A stretch of 14,813 bases of DNA from Thermodesulfobacteriota bacterium (GCA_040755455.1 JBFMAY010000062.1:1-14813), one strand, 5' to 3'; positions 1 to 9,714 are shown, numbered from the stretch's first letter. Notes: generated from the sequence alone by a model not told the origin. Numbers and translations: made by a program.

Positions 1-116
<116 letters not shown>

Positions 117-127
117 TTCTTTTTTTT

Positions 128-167
128 AGCCCTCATGACCGCTTACGGTTCTGAGGGCTTTTTTTTT
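128..167 (+). terminator. Intrinsic terminator at the end of the rRNA operon
   Basis: Stem AGCCCTCA (128-135) / TGAGGGCT (152-159) with an inner ACCG/CGGT stem, followed by a T run. Confidence 0.9.
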
Positions 168-251
168 GCGAAAATTCCTTTGTGTTCTTTTTCACTTTGT
201 GGTTAATCATCCAAAAGGGTAAATTTAACTTTTTTCTTTTCCGGATGGTAT

Positions 252-1304
252 ATGAACGAGCAGAATGTCAGCGCACTCATCCTGGCTGCCGGCAAGGGCA
301 CACGAATGAAATCAGCCCATGCCAAGGTTATGCATGAAGTATTCTTCAAGCCGATGATTCATCATGTTCTCGACGCCTTAGCCCCTCTCCATCTTCACCA
401 GACTGTCGTGGTCACAGGCCATCAGGCCGAAAGGGTTGAACAGGCCTGCGCAGGCTATGATGTTGTGTTTGCCCGGCAGCATGAACAGCTCGGAACCGGC
501 CATGCCGTGCTTGCCGCGGAGCCGGCGTTGTTATCCTCTGCTGGCGGGGTAGTCCTGATATTATGCGGTGACACCCCGTTGATTCGTCCCGAGACCCTGC
601 AGGGTATGCTGAACGGACATTTGGCAGGGGGGCATAAGCTGACGGTTATGACCACTGTTCTTGATGACCCGTCCAATTATGGCCGGATCATCTTGAGTAA
701 TACCGGTTATATTCAGGCGATTGTCGAAGAAAAGGATGCCAGCCCTGAACAAAAGAAAATAAATGAAATCAATGCGGGCATTTATTGTGTTGACGGGAAT
801 TTTCTTTTTACCGCACTGCAGGGCGTTGGCACGGATAATAAGCAGGGCGAGGTCTATCTGACGGATATTATCGCTATTGCCCACTCTGCCGGTCACCAGG
901 TTCAGCGATTTTTCTGCCGGCAGGCAGAAGAAACCCTGGGGGTGAATTCCAGGTATGAATTATCCCTTGCCCATGCATCATTGCAGCGGCGGTATCTCCG
1001 CCGGCTGATGGATCAGGGGGTAACGTGCATCCTGCCGGAGACAATAAGCATTAGCGGCGAGGTCAAAATAGGCCGTGATACCATCATTTCCCCGAATGTT
1101 TCGATTTCGGGAATGACAACAATTGGCGATAATTGTCGGGTTGCCCCGTTCAGCTGTCTTGTCGATTGTCAGTTGGGAGATTATGTTTCCATTGGTGAAT
1201 TTTCCTATTTAAACGGCATAACCGTTGTGGACAATGACAGTATTTACCCGCATAGCAGCATGAATGATAAAATAGTGAGCAATTACAGAAGGAGCTTGAA
1301 ATAA
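252..1304 (+). CDS. glmU: GlmU-like N-acetylglucosamine-1-phosphate uridyltransferase with a shortened left-handed beta-helix (350 aa)
   Basis: Motifs LAAGKGTRMKS, QLGTGHAV, GDTPLI, YGRII, IVEEKDA, EINAGIY, NKQGEVYLTD and GVNSR, then only a few hexapeptide coils (IGRDTII, IGDNCRV, LGDYVSI). About 100 aa shorter than canonical GlmU. Confidence 0.9.
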   Translation: MNEQNVSALILAAGKGTRMKSAHAKVMHEVFFKPMIHHVLDALAPLHLHQTVVVTGHQAERVEQACAGYDVVFARQHEQLGTGHAVLAAEPALLSSAGGVVLILCGDTPLIRPETLQGMLNGHLAGGHKLTVMTTVLDDPSNYGRIILSNTGYIQAIVEEKDASPEQKKINEINAGIYCVDGNFLFTALQGVGTDNKQGEVYLTDIIAIAHSAGHQVQRFFCRQAEETLGVNSRYELSLAHASLQRRYLRRLMDQGVTCILPETISISGEVKIGRDTIISPNVSISGMTTIGDNCRVAPFSCLVDCQLGDYVSIGEFSYLNGITVVDNDSIYPHSSMNDKIVSNYRRSLK

Positions 1305-1305
1305 A

Positions 1306-1623
1306 ATGGAACAGAATGAAGATCTTATTCGTTTGGCCGGCGTTGTTGAAGAACTGCTTGCAAGTTTTAATCAATTGAAACAGGAAAAAATGGTGTTGCT
1401 GCAAACCCTTGCTGAGAAAGAAAATTATATTAAGGACTTACAGGCCTCTATTGCCAGACTTAAGGATGAAAAAGCTGATGTCAGCCAGCGGGTTTCCGGC
1501 ATACTGTCCGCCCTGGAAAATTGGGAAAAGGGCCAGGATGAGGCGGAAAAAAAAACGGTGAATGAAAATACCTCTGAATCCTTTTCAGCTGCCTCACCGC
1601 AGTTGTTTTCCATGGGAAGTTGA
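1306..1623 (+). CDS. zapB: Cell division protein ZapB-like coiled-coil protein
   Basis: Heptad coiled-coil character (LAGVVEELLASFNQLKQEK...LKDEKADVSQRVSGIL) and position in the glmU-zapB-zapA-6S-rny order typical of this group. Confidence 0.75.
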   Translation: MEQNEDLIRLAGVVEELLASFNQLKQEKMVLLQTLAEKENYIKDLQASIARLKDEKADVSQRVSGILSALENWEKGQDEAEKKTVNENTSESFSAASPQLFSMGS

Positions 1624-1841
1624 ATATAAACCTGTTGCCTCTGGCTTGTTATTCTGGTAACAAGAAATTATAAAAAATAATTTTCATATGTGATAGTTAA
1701 GCTGGATTTGTTGTTATCATAATTGGTATAGTTAAGGCAACTTCTTGGTTTTGCGCGAGATTGTTTTGATTCCGCTAGATGCTGCAACGGCATATTAATG
1801 TATGCGCAATTTGGAATGGGGAATTAATAGCAGGTGCCACT

Positions 1842-2129
1842 GTGCAACGATTGGTTAGATTTGAGGTGCTCGGCCAGGAATACCCACTTTATACAGATGC
1901 AACTGAAGAAGATGTTAAAGAGATCCTGGATCTTGTCAAAAACCAGCTTGAGATGTATGCCAAATCATCAACCACCCTGCCGGCCAATAAACTGGCAATA
2001 TTGACCAGTTTGAATATGGCAGGGAAATATGTCAAACTCAAAAGGGAATTTGAGCAATATAAGCAGATGGTAGTGGAAACTGCGGGTTTGATGAAAACTA
2101 AGATTGATAATTCTCTGGAATTTAAGTAA
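1842..2129 (+). CDS. zapA: Cell division protein ZapA
   Basis: V.FEVLGQEY and KLAILTSLNMA motifs plus a C-terminal coiled coil. The GTG start at 1842 follows CAGGTG (1831-1836) and is preferred over the ATG at 1779. Lies directly before 6S RNA. Confidence 0.85.
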   Translation: MQRLVRFEVLGQEYPLYTDATEEDVKEILDLVKNQLEMYAKSSTTLPANKLAILTSLNMAGKYVKLKREFEQYKQMVVETAGLMKTKIDNSLEFK

Positions 2130-2130
2130 A

Positions 2131-2136
2131 TATAAT
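2131..2136 (+). promoter_or_regulatory. Putative -10 box of the 6S RNA promoter
   Basis: Perfect TATAAT about 7 nt before the predicted 6S 5' end. No well-spaced -35 was found. Confidence 0.5.
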
Positions 2137-2142
2137 AAAAGA

Positions 2143-2321
2143 ATTCCCCTGCCTGACTCGTGATGTTCAGTATAGTTGAGCCAACACGAACATCTAGGGA
2201 CTCTCCGCTGATGCATGAAAGATGTTCCGTTTCGACGGAAGAACTTGAGGGCATTATGAGCCTGTCCCACCTAACTCTGTTAGGTTCGATGTCGCTGATC
2301 ACACGGTTAAGGCGGGGGTTT
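2143..2321 (+). ncRNA. ssrS: 6S RNA
   Basis: About 180 nt. The 5' CCCCTGCCTGACTCGTGA pairs with the 3' TCACACGGTTAAGGCGGGGG. Contains TTGAGCCAAC..GGGA and CCCACCT..AGGTTCGA motifs. Sits in the conserved position downstream of zapA. Confidence 0.92.
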
Positions 2322-2342
2322 TAAGTGCTTATACTCTGTCTG

Positions 2343-2371
2343 TTGACAGTTTATATACGTAAAAACAATAT
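2343..2371 (+). promoter_or_regulatory. Candidate sigma70 promoter for rny-tyrS
   Basis: Perfect TTGACA (2343-2348), 17-nt spacer, weak -10 CAATAT (2366-2371). Confidence 0.35.
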
Positions 2372-2728
2372 TGAGCTGGTTTTGTCGCTTCCAAGGGACT
2401 GGTATCTGCAAGGAATGAGAGCACTTTCTTATCTGGAGAAAATGCCCTGTAGTAGGACGAATTGAGTGTTGCGCTTAAGCCAAGTTACTCCTGGATTTTC
2501 AGGTTTATATATAGAGTTTGATGCCGACATGGGTGAATCAGGCTAATGCACAATCAAGTTGCCGGTACACCTTTTGCCGGGGCCGAAGCTACCTGTTCTT
2601 GCTGACACGAATATCTATAAGCTGATCAGCTGATAGTCTCTCTTCCTCCTTTCTGCCATTCCTTCCGCAGTTCCTCTGTAAACGGTTGCTCCAGTTTTTT
2701 TGTCAATTTTATCTGGAGGTTTGACTCC

Positions 2729-4288
2729 GTGACTCTTTCTCAACTGATAACTGTTTTGCTGGCGCTGGCCGCCGGCCTCATTACTGGTTTTGTTGTCCGC
2801 AAAAAGCTCATTGAAGCCCGGCAGCTCAATCTCGAAGAACAGGGAAAGAAGCTGATTGAAAATGCCCTTGACGAGGCGGAAAGAATCAAGAAAGAGGCGA
2901 TGCTCCTTGCCAAAGACGAGGAGTATCAGCTTAAGCTGTCTGCTGAACAGGAGATTAAGGAGCTTAAATCCGGCATACTTTCCGAGGAAAAACGTCTTAC
3001 CCAGAAAGCTGAGCAGATTGAGCGGAAGATAGAGCTGCTCGATAAGCGGGAGATTGATCTGCTTAACCGGGAAAAGGGGTTGTCGGCTGATGAGGCAAGG
3101 ATGCATGGCCGTCGCAAGGAAATTGACGCCCTGGTCGAAGAGCAGCGGGCCCAGCTTGAAAAAGTCTCCGGCATCACCCGGGAGGAAGCCAAGCAGTTGC
3201 TCACGGAAAGTATTGAGAGCGAGGCCCGGATGGAGGCGGCCAAGGCCATTGTGCGCATTGAAAACGAGATGAAGATCCAGGCTGACCGGAAGGCGAAAAA
3301 TATCCTCGCCTTGGCCATCGCCCGCTATGCCGGGGAATATGTTGCTGAAAAAACAGTGTCGGTTGTTCCGCTGCCCAATGATGAGATGAAGGGCAGGATC
3401 ATTGGCCGGGAAGGGAGAAATATTCGCGCCATTGAGGCAGCCACGGGAATCGATGTCATTATTGACGACACCCCGGAGGCAGTCATCCTGTCAGGGTTTA
3501 ACCCTGTCCGCCGCGAGGTGGCCAGGCAGTCGCTGGAGAGGTTGATCACCGATGGCCGGATCCATCCTGCCCGCATAGAGGAGATAGTTGAGAAGGTCTC
3601 CAAGGAGCTTGAGGTCACCATGCGCGAGGCCGGCGAGCAGGCGACTTTTGATGTCGGCGCCCATGGCGTGCCCCTTGACTTGATCATGCTGCTGGGCCGG
3701 TTGAAGTACCGTACAAGTTACGGCCAGAATGTGCTGCAGCATTCACTGGAAGTGGCTTTTCTGTGCGGAGTGATGGCCTCCGAACTGGGCATCAATGTCA
3801 AGCAGGCGAAAAGGGCCGGCCTGCTCCATGATATCGGCAAGGCGGTTGATCATGAGATTGAAGGGTCCCATGCCAGCATCGGGGCTGATCTTGCTAAGAA
3901 ATACGGCGAGGCCCCGGAGGTTGTGCATGCCATTGCCGCTCATCACGAGGATGTGCCGCCAGAGGGCATTCTCGACGTGCTGGTGCAGTCCGCCGATGCC
4001 CTGTCAGGCGCCAGACCAGGAGCCCGCAAGGAGATGCTTGAAACATACGTCAAGCGCCTCGAGGATCTGGAAAATATCGCCCAGTCCTTCGCCGGGGTGG
4101 AAAAATCCTATGCTATCCAGGCCGGCCGCGAGATTCGTATCGTCGTCAACAGTGAGAACGTTTCCGATACCGAGGCGACGGTGATGAGCAGGGACATTGC
4201 CCGCAAAATCGAGAAGGAACTTACGTATCCGGGACAGATCCGGGTCACGGTGATCAGAGAGATGCGCTCGGTTGAATATGCGAAGTAA
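2729..4288 (+). CDS. rny: Ribonuclease Y
   Basis: N-terminal membrane anchor, long coiled coil, KH domain ([14 protein letters not shown]), HD domain (HSLEVA...LLHDIGK) and C-terminal [15 protein letters not shown] start with GGAGG RBS. Confidence 0.98.
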   Translation: MTLSQLITVLLALAAGLITGFVVRKKLIEARQLNLEEQGKKLIENALDEAERIKKEAMLLAKDEEYQLKLSAEQEIKELKSGILSEEKRLTQKAEQIERKIELLDKREIDLLNREKGLSADEARMHGRRKEIDALVEEQRAQLEKVSGITREEAKQLLTESIESEARMEAAKAIVRIENEMKIQADRKAKNILALAIARYAGEYVAEKTVSVVPLPNDEMKGRIIGREGRNIRAIEAATGIDVIIDDTPEAVILSGFNPVRREVARQSLERLITDGRIHPARIEEIVEKVSKELEVTMREAGEQATFDVGAHGVPLDLIMLLGRLKYRTSYGQNVLQHSLEVAFLCGVMASELGINVKQAKRAGLLHDIGKAVDHEIEGSHASIGADLAKKYGEAPEVVHAIAAHHEDVPPEGILDVLVQSADALSGARPGARKEMLETYVKRLEDLENIAQSFAGVEKSYAIQAGREIRIVVNSENVSDTEATVMSRDIARKIEKELTYPGQIRVTVIREMRSVEYAK

Positions 4289-4322
4289 ATGACGTTTGAT
4301 GAGCCAGGAGACAGAAGTCAGC

Positions 4323-5540
4323 ATGAAATGGACAATAGAAGAGCAGGTCGCCTTGATTGAGCGCGGCGCCGTTGATGTTATTTCCCGCGAGGATCTCATC
4401 AAAAAATTGAAAAAATCCCAGGAGACGGGGGTTCCCCTGCGGGTAAAAGCCGGGTTTGACCCGACCGCGCCCGACCTGCATCTCGGCCACACAGTGCTTA
4501 TCCAGAAATTGAAGCATTTCCAGGAACTGGGGCATGAAGTCCTGTTTCTTATCGGTGATTTCACCGGCATGATCGGCGACCCCACCGGCAAATCGGAAAC
4601 CCGTAAACCGCTGACCCGCGAGGATGTGGCCCGCAATGCCGCAACCTACAAGGAGCAGATTTTTAAAATACTGGACCCGGCGAAAACCACGGTCATGTTC
4701 AACAGTGAGTGGCTCGGAAAACTGACGGCCCATGATTTCGTCAGACTTGCCTCACAGCTGACGGTGGCCAGGATGCTGGAAAGGGAGGATTTCCGCGAGC
4801 GTTTTGACAACCAGCGGCCGATCAGCATCCATGAATTTCTTTACCCCCTTATCCAGGGCTATGACTCGGTGGCAATGCATGCCGATGTTGAGCTCGGCGG
4901 CACGGACCAGCTCTTTAATGTGCTCATGGGACGTGATCTGCAGCGCACCTGGGGACAGGAGCCGCAGGTGGTCATCACCATGCCCTTGCTCGAAGGTCTC
5001 GACGGGGTCAACAAGATGAGCAAGTCGCTGGGCAATTATATCGGCATCACGGACACGGCTGATGATATCTACGGCAAGATCCTGTCTGTCTCCGACGAAC
5101 TGATGTTCCGTTACTACGACCTGCTCAGCGATCTCTCCTCCGGGGAGATCGCCGCCCTCAAAGGTGACATGCAGAGCGGCCAGGTTCATCCGAAGGATGT
5201 CAAAAAGAAACTGGCCCGGGAACTGACCGCCCGTTTTTATGATGAGGATGCCGCCTTGAAGGCTGAAGAGAACTTTGAGCGCGTTTTTAAAAAACATGAC
5301 CTGCCCGAAGATATTCCGTCGTTAGAGGTGGCAATCGAAGAGGATGCGGTCTGGCTGCCCCGTCTGCTGACCATTGCCGGCATGGTGCCGGGAACTGGGG
5401 AAGGACGGCGTATGATCATGCAGAAGGCCGTCAGTCTTGATGGCGAGAAAATTGATGATGTGGAGTATCAGGTCAAGGCGACGGGCGAACTGCTCCTGCG
5501 GGTAGGAAAAAGAAAATTCTGCAAAGTAGTATTTGTTTAA
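4323..5540 (+). CDS. tyrS: Tyrosine--tRNA ligase
   Basis: [13 protein letters not shown] (HIGH motif), [18 protein letters not shown] and a C-terminal S4-like domain. Start at 4323 is preferred; 4296 and 4299 are alternatives. Confidence 0.97.
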   Translation: MKWTIEEQVALIERGAVDVISREDLIKKLKKSQETGVPLRVKAGFDPTAPDLHLGHTVLIQKLKHFQELGHEVLFLIGDFTGMIGDPTGKSETRKPLTREDVARNAATYKEQIFKILDPAKTTVMFNSEWLGKLTAHDFVRLASQLTVARMLEREDFRERFDNQRPISIHEFLYPLIQGYDSVAMHADVELGGTDQLFNVLMGRDLQRTWGQEPQVVITMPLLEGLDGVNKMSKSLGNYIGITDTADDIYGKILSVSDELMFRYYDLLSDLSSGEIAALKGDMQSGQVHPKDVKKKLARELTARFYDEDAALKAEENFERVFKKHDLPEDIPSLEVAIEEDAVWLPRLLTIAGMVPGTGEGRRMIMQKAVSLDGEKIDDVEYQVKATGELLLRVGKRKFCKVVFV

Positions 5541-6054
5541 CCTCTTTTTTGGCCCTGGCTGCTGTCTGTTGCGGAGAAATGTTGTCTGCGTGACCAGGGT
5601 TGCTGCGCGACAGAATCGTCAGTCAAGTTCAAGCGAACGTCTCTGAAAAGATCAGCTCAGATAGCGATCGTGGTTTTGGGGCATATCGCCAAATTTCCCT
5701 TTGCTTTCCTTGCCGTTTGTGGGTTAAATAACCCTATAATGGTTTCCATTTGTCGATTTTTTTTTCATTACGGCTATTTTGCCGGATCACCCGAAAAAAA
5801 ATCCCTGCGACCGGCAAAGATCAAACTGCCCGTGGGGCATATCCAGGGGCCTCTGCTCAATGCAAATAATTTTCCTTCCTTTAATTACCAGGCCGAAAAC
5901 CGGATAGAGGTATGGTTTTTGCTGTTTTGCCATGTGTTGACTTGTTACTGATAATGATTTACCAGTTAAATGTCTCGTTTGGTTTTGCCGCCAAACGATT
6001 AAGAGAGAAAAAATCATTTTTTTTTGATCGGCACATGCCAGCAAAAAATGGGGA

Positions 6055-7911
6055 ATGCCAGTGGATAGAGTAGTTTCCGACCTTCGTTCACTTTACCGAA
6101 GCTCCAGGAGAATGGGGCGCTCGGACGAGGTGATGGTCCTGATGGATTTTCTGGTTGAGGACATTGTCAGCTGCACCGAGCTGGAGCGGGTTTTAGTGCT
6201 CAAGCTGGATGACAGGGGCAAAAGCCTGGAGACCCAGGTTTTTTACGGCTTTAATGAGTTCGGCAGGCGGCCTTTCAGCGTGGACTTCCAGCAGGTGAAC
6301 GGCTTGTTGCGCAAGGTTTACACGGACCGGGAGCCCTTGAATGTCGTCGGCTATTCCGATCTGACCTCAGGCGAAAATCCGGCCACGCCCCGGGCCTGCG
6401 GCATTCTCAGGGATGACTACCGGGGCGGCAATCACCCCAATAGAAGACAGCGGGTTAATCTCTGCGTGCCTGATACTGCATTGCAGGATGTTGACCTCAA
6501 TCAGTATTCCCGCTTCCGGCATTTCTCGGTCATGAATCTTGATACCCATGATAAGACAGTCCGTTATCTCATGGGGGAGGTTAACTCATTTCTTATTCTG
6601 CCGCTCTGTGATGATAATAATTTTTACGGCTATGTCATTGCGGACAAGATTTCCAGCAAACAGCCGGTTACCTATGAGGAGATCCGGCTTTCGGCGGCCA
6701 TTACCGGCCATGCTTCCATGGCCATAGGCCGGGCCCTGAAGCAGAAGGACATGCTGCGCAAGATCGCCCGGCAGCTGGCCGAGATCGAGTATCTCAAGAG
6801 TTTTTACGAGAGCATCATTCAAAACCTGCGCAGTGGCCTGATTACCGTTGATCAGTTCATGAAGATCACCGACGTGAACCGGGCTGCTGAAATTATTCTC
6901 GGCTATAGAAAAGAAGAGATGCTTGCCAGGCAATTTGATGATTTTCTGTCGCCCATGGATGGAAAAAAATGCCTTTTTCTCGATGCCGCCGACGAGATGG
7001 ACAGCACCATGGGGCACCTTTCCGAGGTGCCGATGAAAAAGAAGAGCGGTGAGCATTTTCCGGCTGAAGTTTGCTTTTCCGTTATCACGGACAGCACGGA
7101 TACCGTGACAGGACTCAGCTGCATTTTCAGGGATATAACGGCCAAAAAGGTTTTTGAGCAGGACCTGGCCCGGGTTGACAAGCTTGCCTCCCTGGGCGAG
7201 ATGGCGGCAGGGGTGGCCCATGAAATCAAGAATCCGCTGGCCGGTATATCCGGGGCCATGCAGATTCTTGCCCGTAATTTCCAGGATGGCGATACCAACC
7301 AGTTGATATTTAATGAGGTACAGAGTCAGGTCAAGCGTCTGGACAACTTCATCAACAATCTGCTGCAGTTTGCCCGGCCGGGCCAATCGCAGTTTGCCGA
7401 GGTTCATCTCAACACGATCATCGACAAGGTTCTTTTCCTGGTTGCCTCGCGCCTTGACAACAAGCACATCAAGGTTGTGCGGGCTATTGATGACAATCTG
7501 CCCCTGGCCCAGGGCGATGAGGGCCAGCTGCAGCAGGTGTTCCTCAATATTGTGCTCAACGCCATCGACGCCATGGAGCCGGGCGGGACATTGACCTTCC
7601 ACAGCTGCGGTAATGAAGGCGCTGAAGGCAGGATTGACAGCTGCAGCAGTCCGGTATGCCGTTATCTGAACGGCAGGCAGGTCCGGGTGGCGATTCAGGA
7701 TACGGGTAAGGGTATTGATCCGACCTCCATGGAATCAATTTTCAATCCCTTTCATACGACAAAAAGTAACGGAACCGGTCTCGGCCTTTCCATTTCCCAG
7801 CGGATACTGGAACTGCATGGCGGGACCATATTCGTGGAAAGTGAGCCGGGCGTCGGTTCAACATTTATCGTCTGCCTGCCGGTCAGCCGGGATGATAGCC
7901 CGGCAAGGTAA
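6055..7911 (+). CDS. Soluble GAF-PAS sensor histidine kinase (NtrB-like HisKA and HATPase_c)
   Basis: H-box AHEIKNPL, N-box QVFLNIVLNAIDAM, G1 DTGKGI, F-box IFNPFHTTK, G2 GTGLGL. PAS segment (IIQNLRSGLITVD...VNRAAEIILGY...FRDIT). GAF-like N-terminus (SFLILPL...GYVIAD). No hydrophobic transmembrane stretch. Confidence 0.93.
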   Translation: MPVDRVVSDLRSLYRSSRRMGRSDEVMVLMDFLVEDIVSCTELERVLVLKLDDRGKSLETQVFYGFNEFGRRPFSVDFQQVNGLLRKVYTDREPLNVVGYSDLTSGENPATPRACGILRDDYRGGNHPNRRQRVNLCVPDTALQDVDLNQYSRFRHFSVMNLDTHDKTVRYLMGEVNSFLILPLCDDNNFYGYVIADKISSKQPVTYEEIRLSAAITGHASMAIGRALKQKDMLRKIARQLAEIEYLKSFYESIIQNLRSGLITVDQFMKITDVNRAAEIILGYRKEEMLARQFDDFLSPMDGKKCLFLDAADEMDSTMGHLSEVPMKKKSGEHFPAEVCFSVITDSTDTVTGLSCIFRDITAKKVFEQDLARVDKLASLGEMAAGVAHEIKNPLAGISGAMQILARNFQDGDTNQLIFNEVQSQVKRLDNFINNLLQFARPGQSQFAEVHLNTIIDKVLFLVASRLDNKHIKVVRAIDDNLPLAQGDEGQLQQVFLNIVLNAIDAMEPGGTLTFHSCGNEGAEGRIDSCSSPVCRYLNGRQVRVAIQDTGKGIDPTSMESIFNPFHTTKSNGTGLGLSISQRILELHGGTIFVESEPGVGSTFIVCLPVSRDDSPAR

Positions 7912-7937
7912 GATGCCTAAGGGGTAGGGAAGAAATC

Positions 7938-9368
7938 ATGAGAGAACATCGGGTGCTGGTTGTTGATGACGAGAAGCTGGTTTGCTGGTCGCTCAGTCAG
8001 ATGCTTGCCGGGGCGGGCTATGCCGTGCAGGCGGCCATGAGCGGGGCTGAGGCCAGGGAAAAATTTCATGATTTTGTTCCGGAAATGGTTCTGCTCGATG
8101 TGCGTCTGCCTGATGCCAATGGCGTTGAGCTGCTGCGCGAGTTCAAGGCCCATGATGATGATGTGGTGGTGCTGATGATCACCGCTTACGCCGATGCGGA
8201 TTCAGCGGTAAGCGCACTCAAGATCGGGGCTGACGATTATATCGGCAAGCCTTTTGATATTGAAAATATCCGCCATATCGTTGATCAGGGTTTTGAGAAA
8301 AAGAAGCTGCGTAAGGAGGTTGATTTTTTCCGGCGGGAGATCCGGAAAAAATATGATTATGACAACCTCATCGGCAATTCGCCGAAGATGATAGATGTTT
8401 TCAAGATGATCAAGGTCTGTGCCGAGACCGACGCCAAAATCGTGCTTGTGCTCGGCGAAAGCGGAACCGGCAAGGAGTTGGTGGCCCGGGCCATTCATTA
8501 CCACAGCGCCCGTTCCCAGGAGCCCTTTATCGAGATCAACTGCGCCGCCATCCCCGACAACCTCCTGGAAAATGAGCTTTTCGGCCACGAGAAGGGGGCA
8601 TACACCGATGCCTCGAAGAGTCACAAGGGTATTTTCGAAGCCGCGGCCGGCGGCACTGTTTTCCTGGATGAAATCGGAGATATGCCGCTGCCCATGCAGG
8701 CCAAAATACTTAAAGTCATCGAGGCCAAAAAGTTCCGGCGCCTCGGCGGCTCCCGGGATATCGACACGGATGTGCGGATCATCGCCGCCACCAATCAGGA
8801 TCTACCGTACATGGTCAAGGAAGGAACCTTCCGCGGCGATCTCTTTTTCCGCCTCAACGTGATGAACATTCCGCTGGCCCCTTTGCGGGAACGCAAGGAG
8901 GATATCCCGTCGCTGGCCAATTATTTCATCGAGAGGTTGAACGAGGAGTATGGCCGAGGGGTGGAGGGGATCAGCGCCGCGGCCCTTGACTGTCTGCAGC
9001 GCTACGATTGGCCGGGCAATGTGCGGGAATTGCGCAATGCCATGGAGCGGGCCATGATGCTTGAGCCGGGGACCATGCTTGGTCATGAGTTTTTTAGCCA
9101 CGAGATCCGCCAGTGCGCCCAGGCCAAGGCAAAAGGCCTCCCCCAGGCTGGTCAGGAAGCCCCTGCCGTTGCCGAAAGCGGCTACATCACCCTGCCGCCC
9201 CATGGTATCTCGATTGAAGAGGTGGAAAAGGAGCTTATTCAGCAGGCCCTTACCCGTTTTAATGGCAACCAGACCAAGGCCGCTCAATGTTTGCGCATGT
9301 CACGGGACACGCTGCGCTACCGCATCAAGAAATTCGGCCTGCAGTCCGCCGGCCGTGATGACGACTGA
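7938..9368 (+). CDS. Sigma54-dependent NtrC-family response regulator (REC, AAA+, Fis-type HTH)
   Basis: REC domain (VVDDE, LLDVRLPD, KPF), Walker A GESGTGKE, loop variant ELFGHEKGAYTDA, Walker B FLDEIG, WPGNVREL and HTH GNQTKAAQCL. Confidence 0.97.
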   Translation: MREHRVLVVDDEKLVCWSLSQMLAGAGYAVQAAMSGAEAREKFHDFVPEMVLLDVRLPDANGVELLREFKAHDDDVVVLMITAYADADSAVSALKIGADDYIGKPFDIENIRHIVDQGFEKKKLRKEVDFFRREIRKKYDYDNLIGNSPKMIDVFKMIKVCAETDAKIVLVLGESGTGKELVARAIHYHSARSQEPFIEINCAAIPDNLLENELFGHEKGAYTDASKSHKGIFEAAAGGTVFLDEIGDMPLPMQAKILKVIEAKKFRRLGGSRDIDTDVRIIAATNQDLPYMVKEGTFRGDLFFRLNVMNIPLAPLRERKEDIPSLANYFIERLNEEYGRGVEGISAAALDCLQRYDWPGNVRELRNAMERAMMLEPGTMLGHEFFSHEIRQCAQAKAKGLPQAGQEAPAVAESGYITLPPHGISIEEVEKELIQQALTRFNGNQTKAAQCLRMSRDTLRYRIKKFGLQSAGRDDD

Positions 9369-9442
9369 TCTCTCCACCCGCTTCATCCCACTCCCTCTCC
9401 TCCTGCTGTTTCTTTCCCATCGTCTCCCCTGCTGGCCTCCGG

Positions 9443-9500
9443 TGGGGTATTTCCCCCAATCCTGCTGGGCTGCCTTTTGTATGGTGGGTGAAATACCCCA
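9443..9500. promoter_or_regulatory. Paired palindromic upstream activator (enhancer) sites
   Basis: TGGGGTATTTCCCCCA (9443-9458) and TGGGTGAAATACCCCA (9485-9500). Each is TGGG-N8-CCCA, they match at 15/16 as reverse complements, and they are 42 bp apart. Confidence 0.7.
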
Positions 9501-9644
9501 TTTCCGCTGGGTGAAAAGAACCTGGGAGTTCGGTGCTAATATCTTGATATGATTGCTTTCTGTTTTCCGGAATGTCTTTTCCGAATTTTTGCACGACTGG
9601 TTCATAAAGTTGGAATTTGCCTGGCTTTATTTATTTTTTTTCTA

Positions 9645-9657
9645 TAACATATTGATA
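9645..9657 (-). promoter_or_regulatory. IHF binding site
   Basis: The minus strand reads TATCAATATGTTA, an exact WATCAANNNNTTR match, in an AT-rich stretch between the enhancer-like sites and the -24/-12 box. Confidence 0.7.
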
Positions 9658-9698
9658 ATGAAAGATAAATTTATATTTTTGTGCTATTTTGCGCAAAA

Positions 9699-9714
9699 TG
9701 GCATGGATAGTGCT
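9699..9714 (+). promoter_or_regulatory. Sigma54 -24/-12 promoter
   Basis: TGGCATGGATAGTGCT has GG-N10-GC spacing and is close to TGGCACG-N4-TTGCW. It lies about 70 nt upstream of the start codon at 9786. Confidence 0.85.

Noticed and set aside
1889..2302. Minus-strand ORFs across zapA and 6S RNA
   Set aside because: Antisense to zapA and to a structured RNA, with no protein-like features.
5775..5865. Possible c-di-GMP-I riboswitch (GGCAAA plus hairpins)
   Set aside because: Lacks the GAAA-tetraloop stem and the GCAAAGC/CTAA second-stem pattern.
6029..6044. CGGCACATGCCAGCAA as a sigma54 promoter for the kinase
   Set aside because: GG-to-GC spacing is 9 nt rather than the required 10, and it is too close to the start codon.
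5670..6044. ORFs 5670..5951 (+) and 5787..6044 (-)
   Set aside because: No RBS or recognisable motifs, low-complexity A/T runs, and mutual overlap. More likely non-coding regulatory DNA.
6586..7602. Long antisense ORFs (338 aa here; also 10502..11374, 4004..4636, 4752..5297 and others)
   Set aside because: Shadows of well-supported genes on the opposite strand in GC-rich coding DNA, with no motifs of their own.
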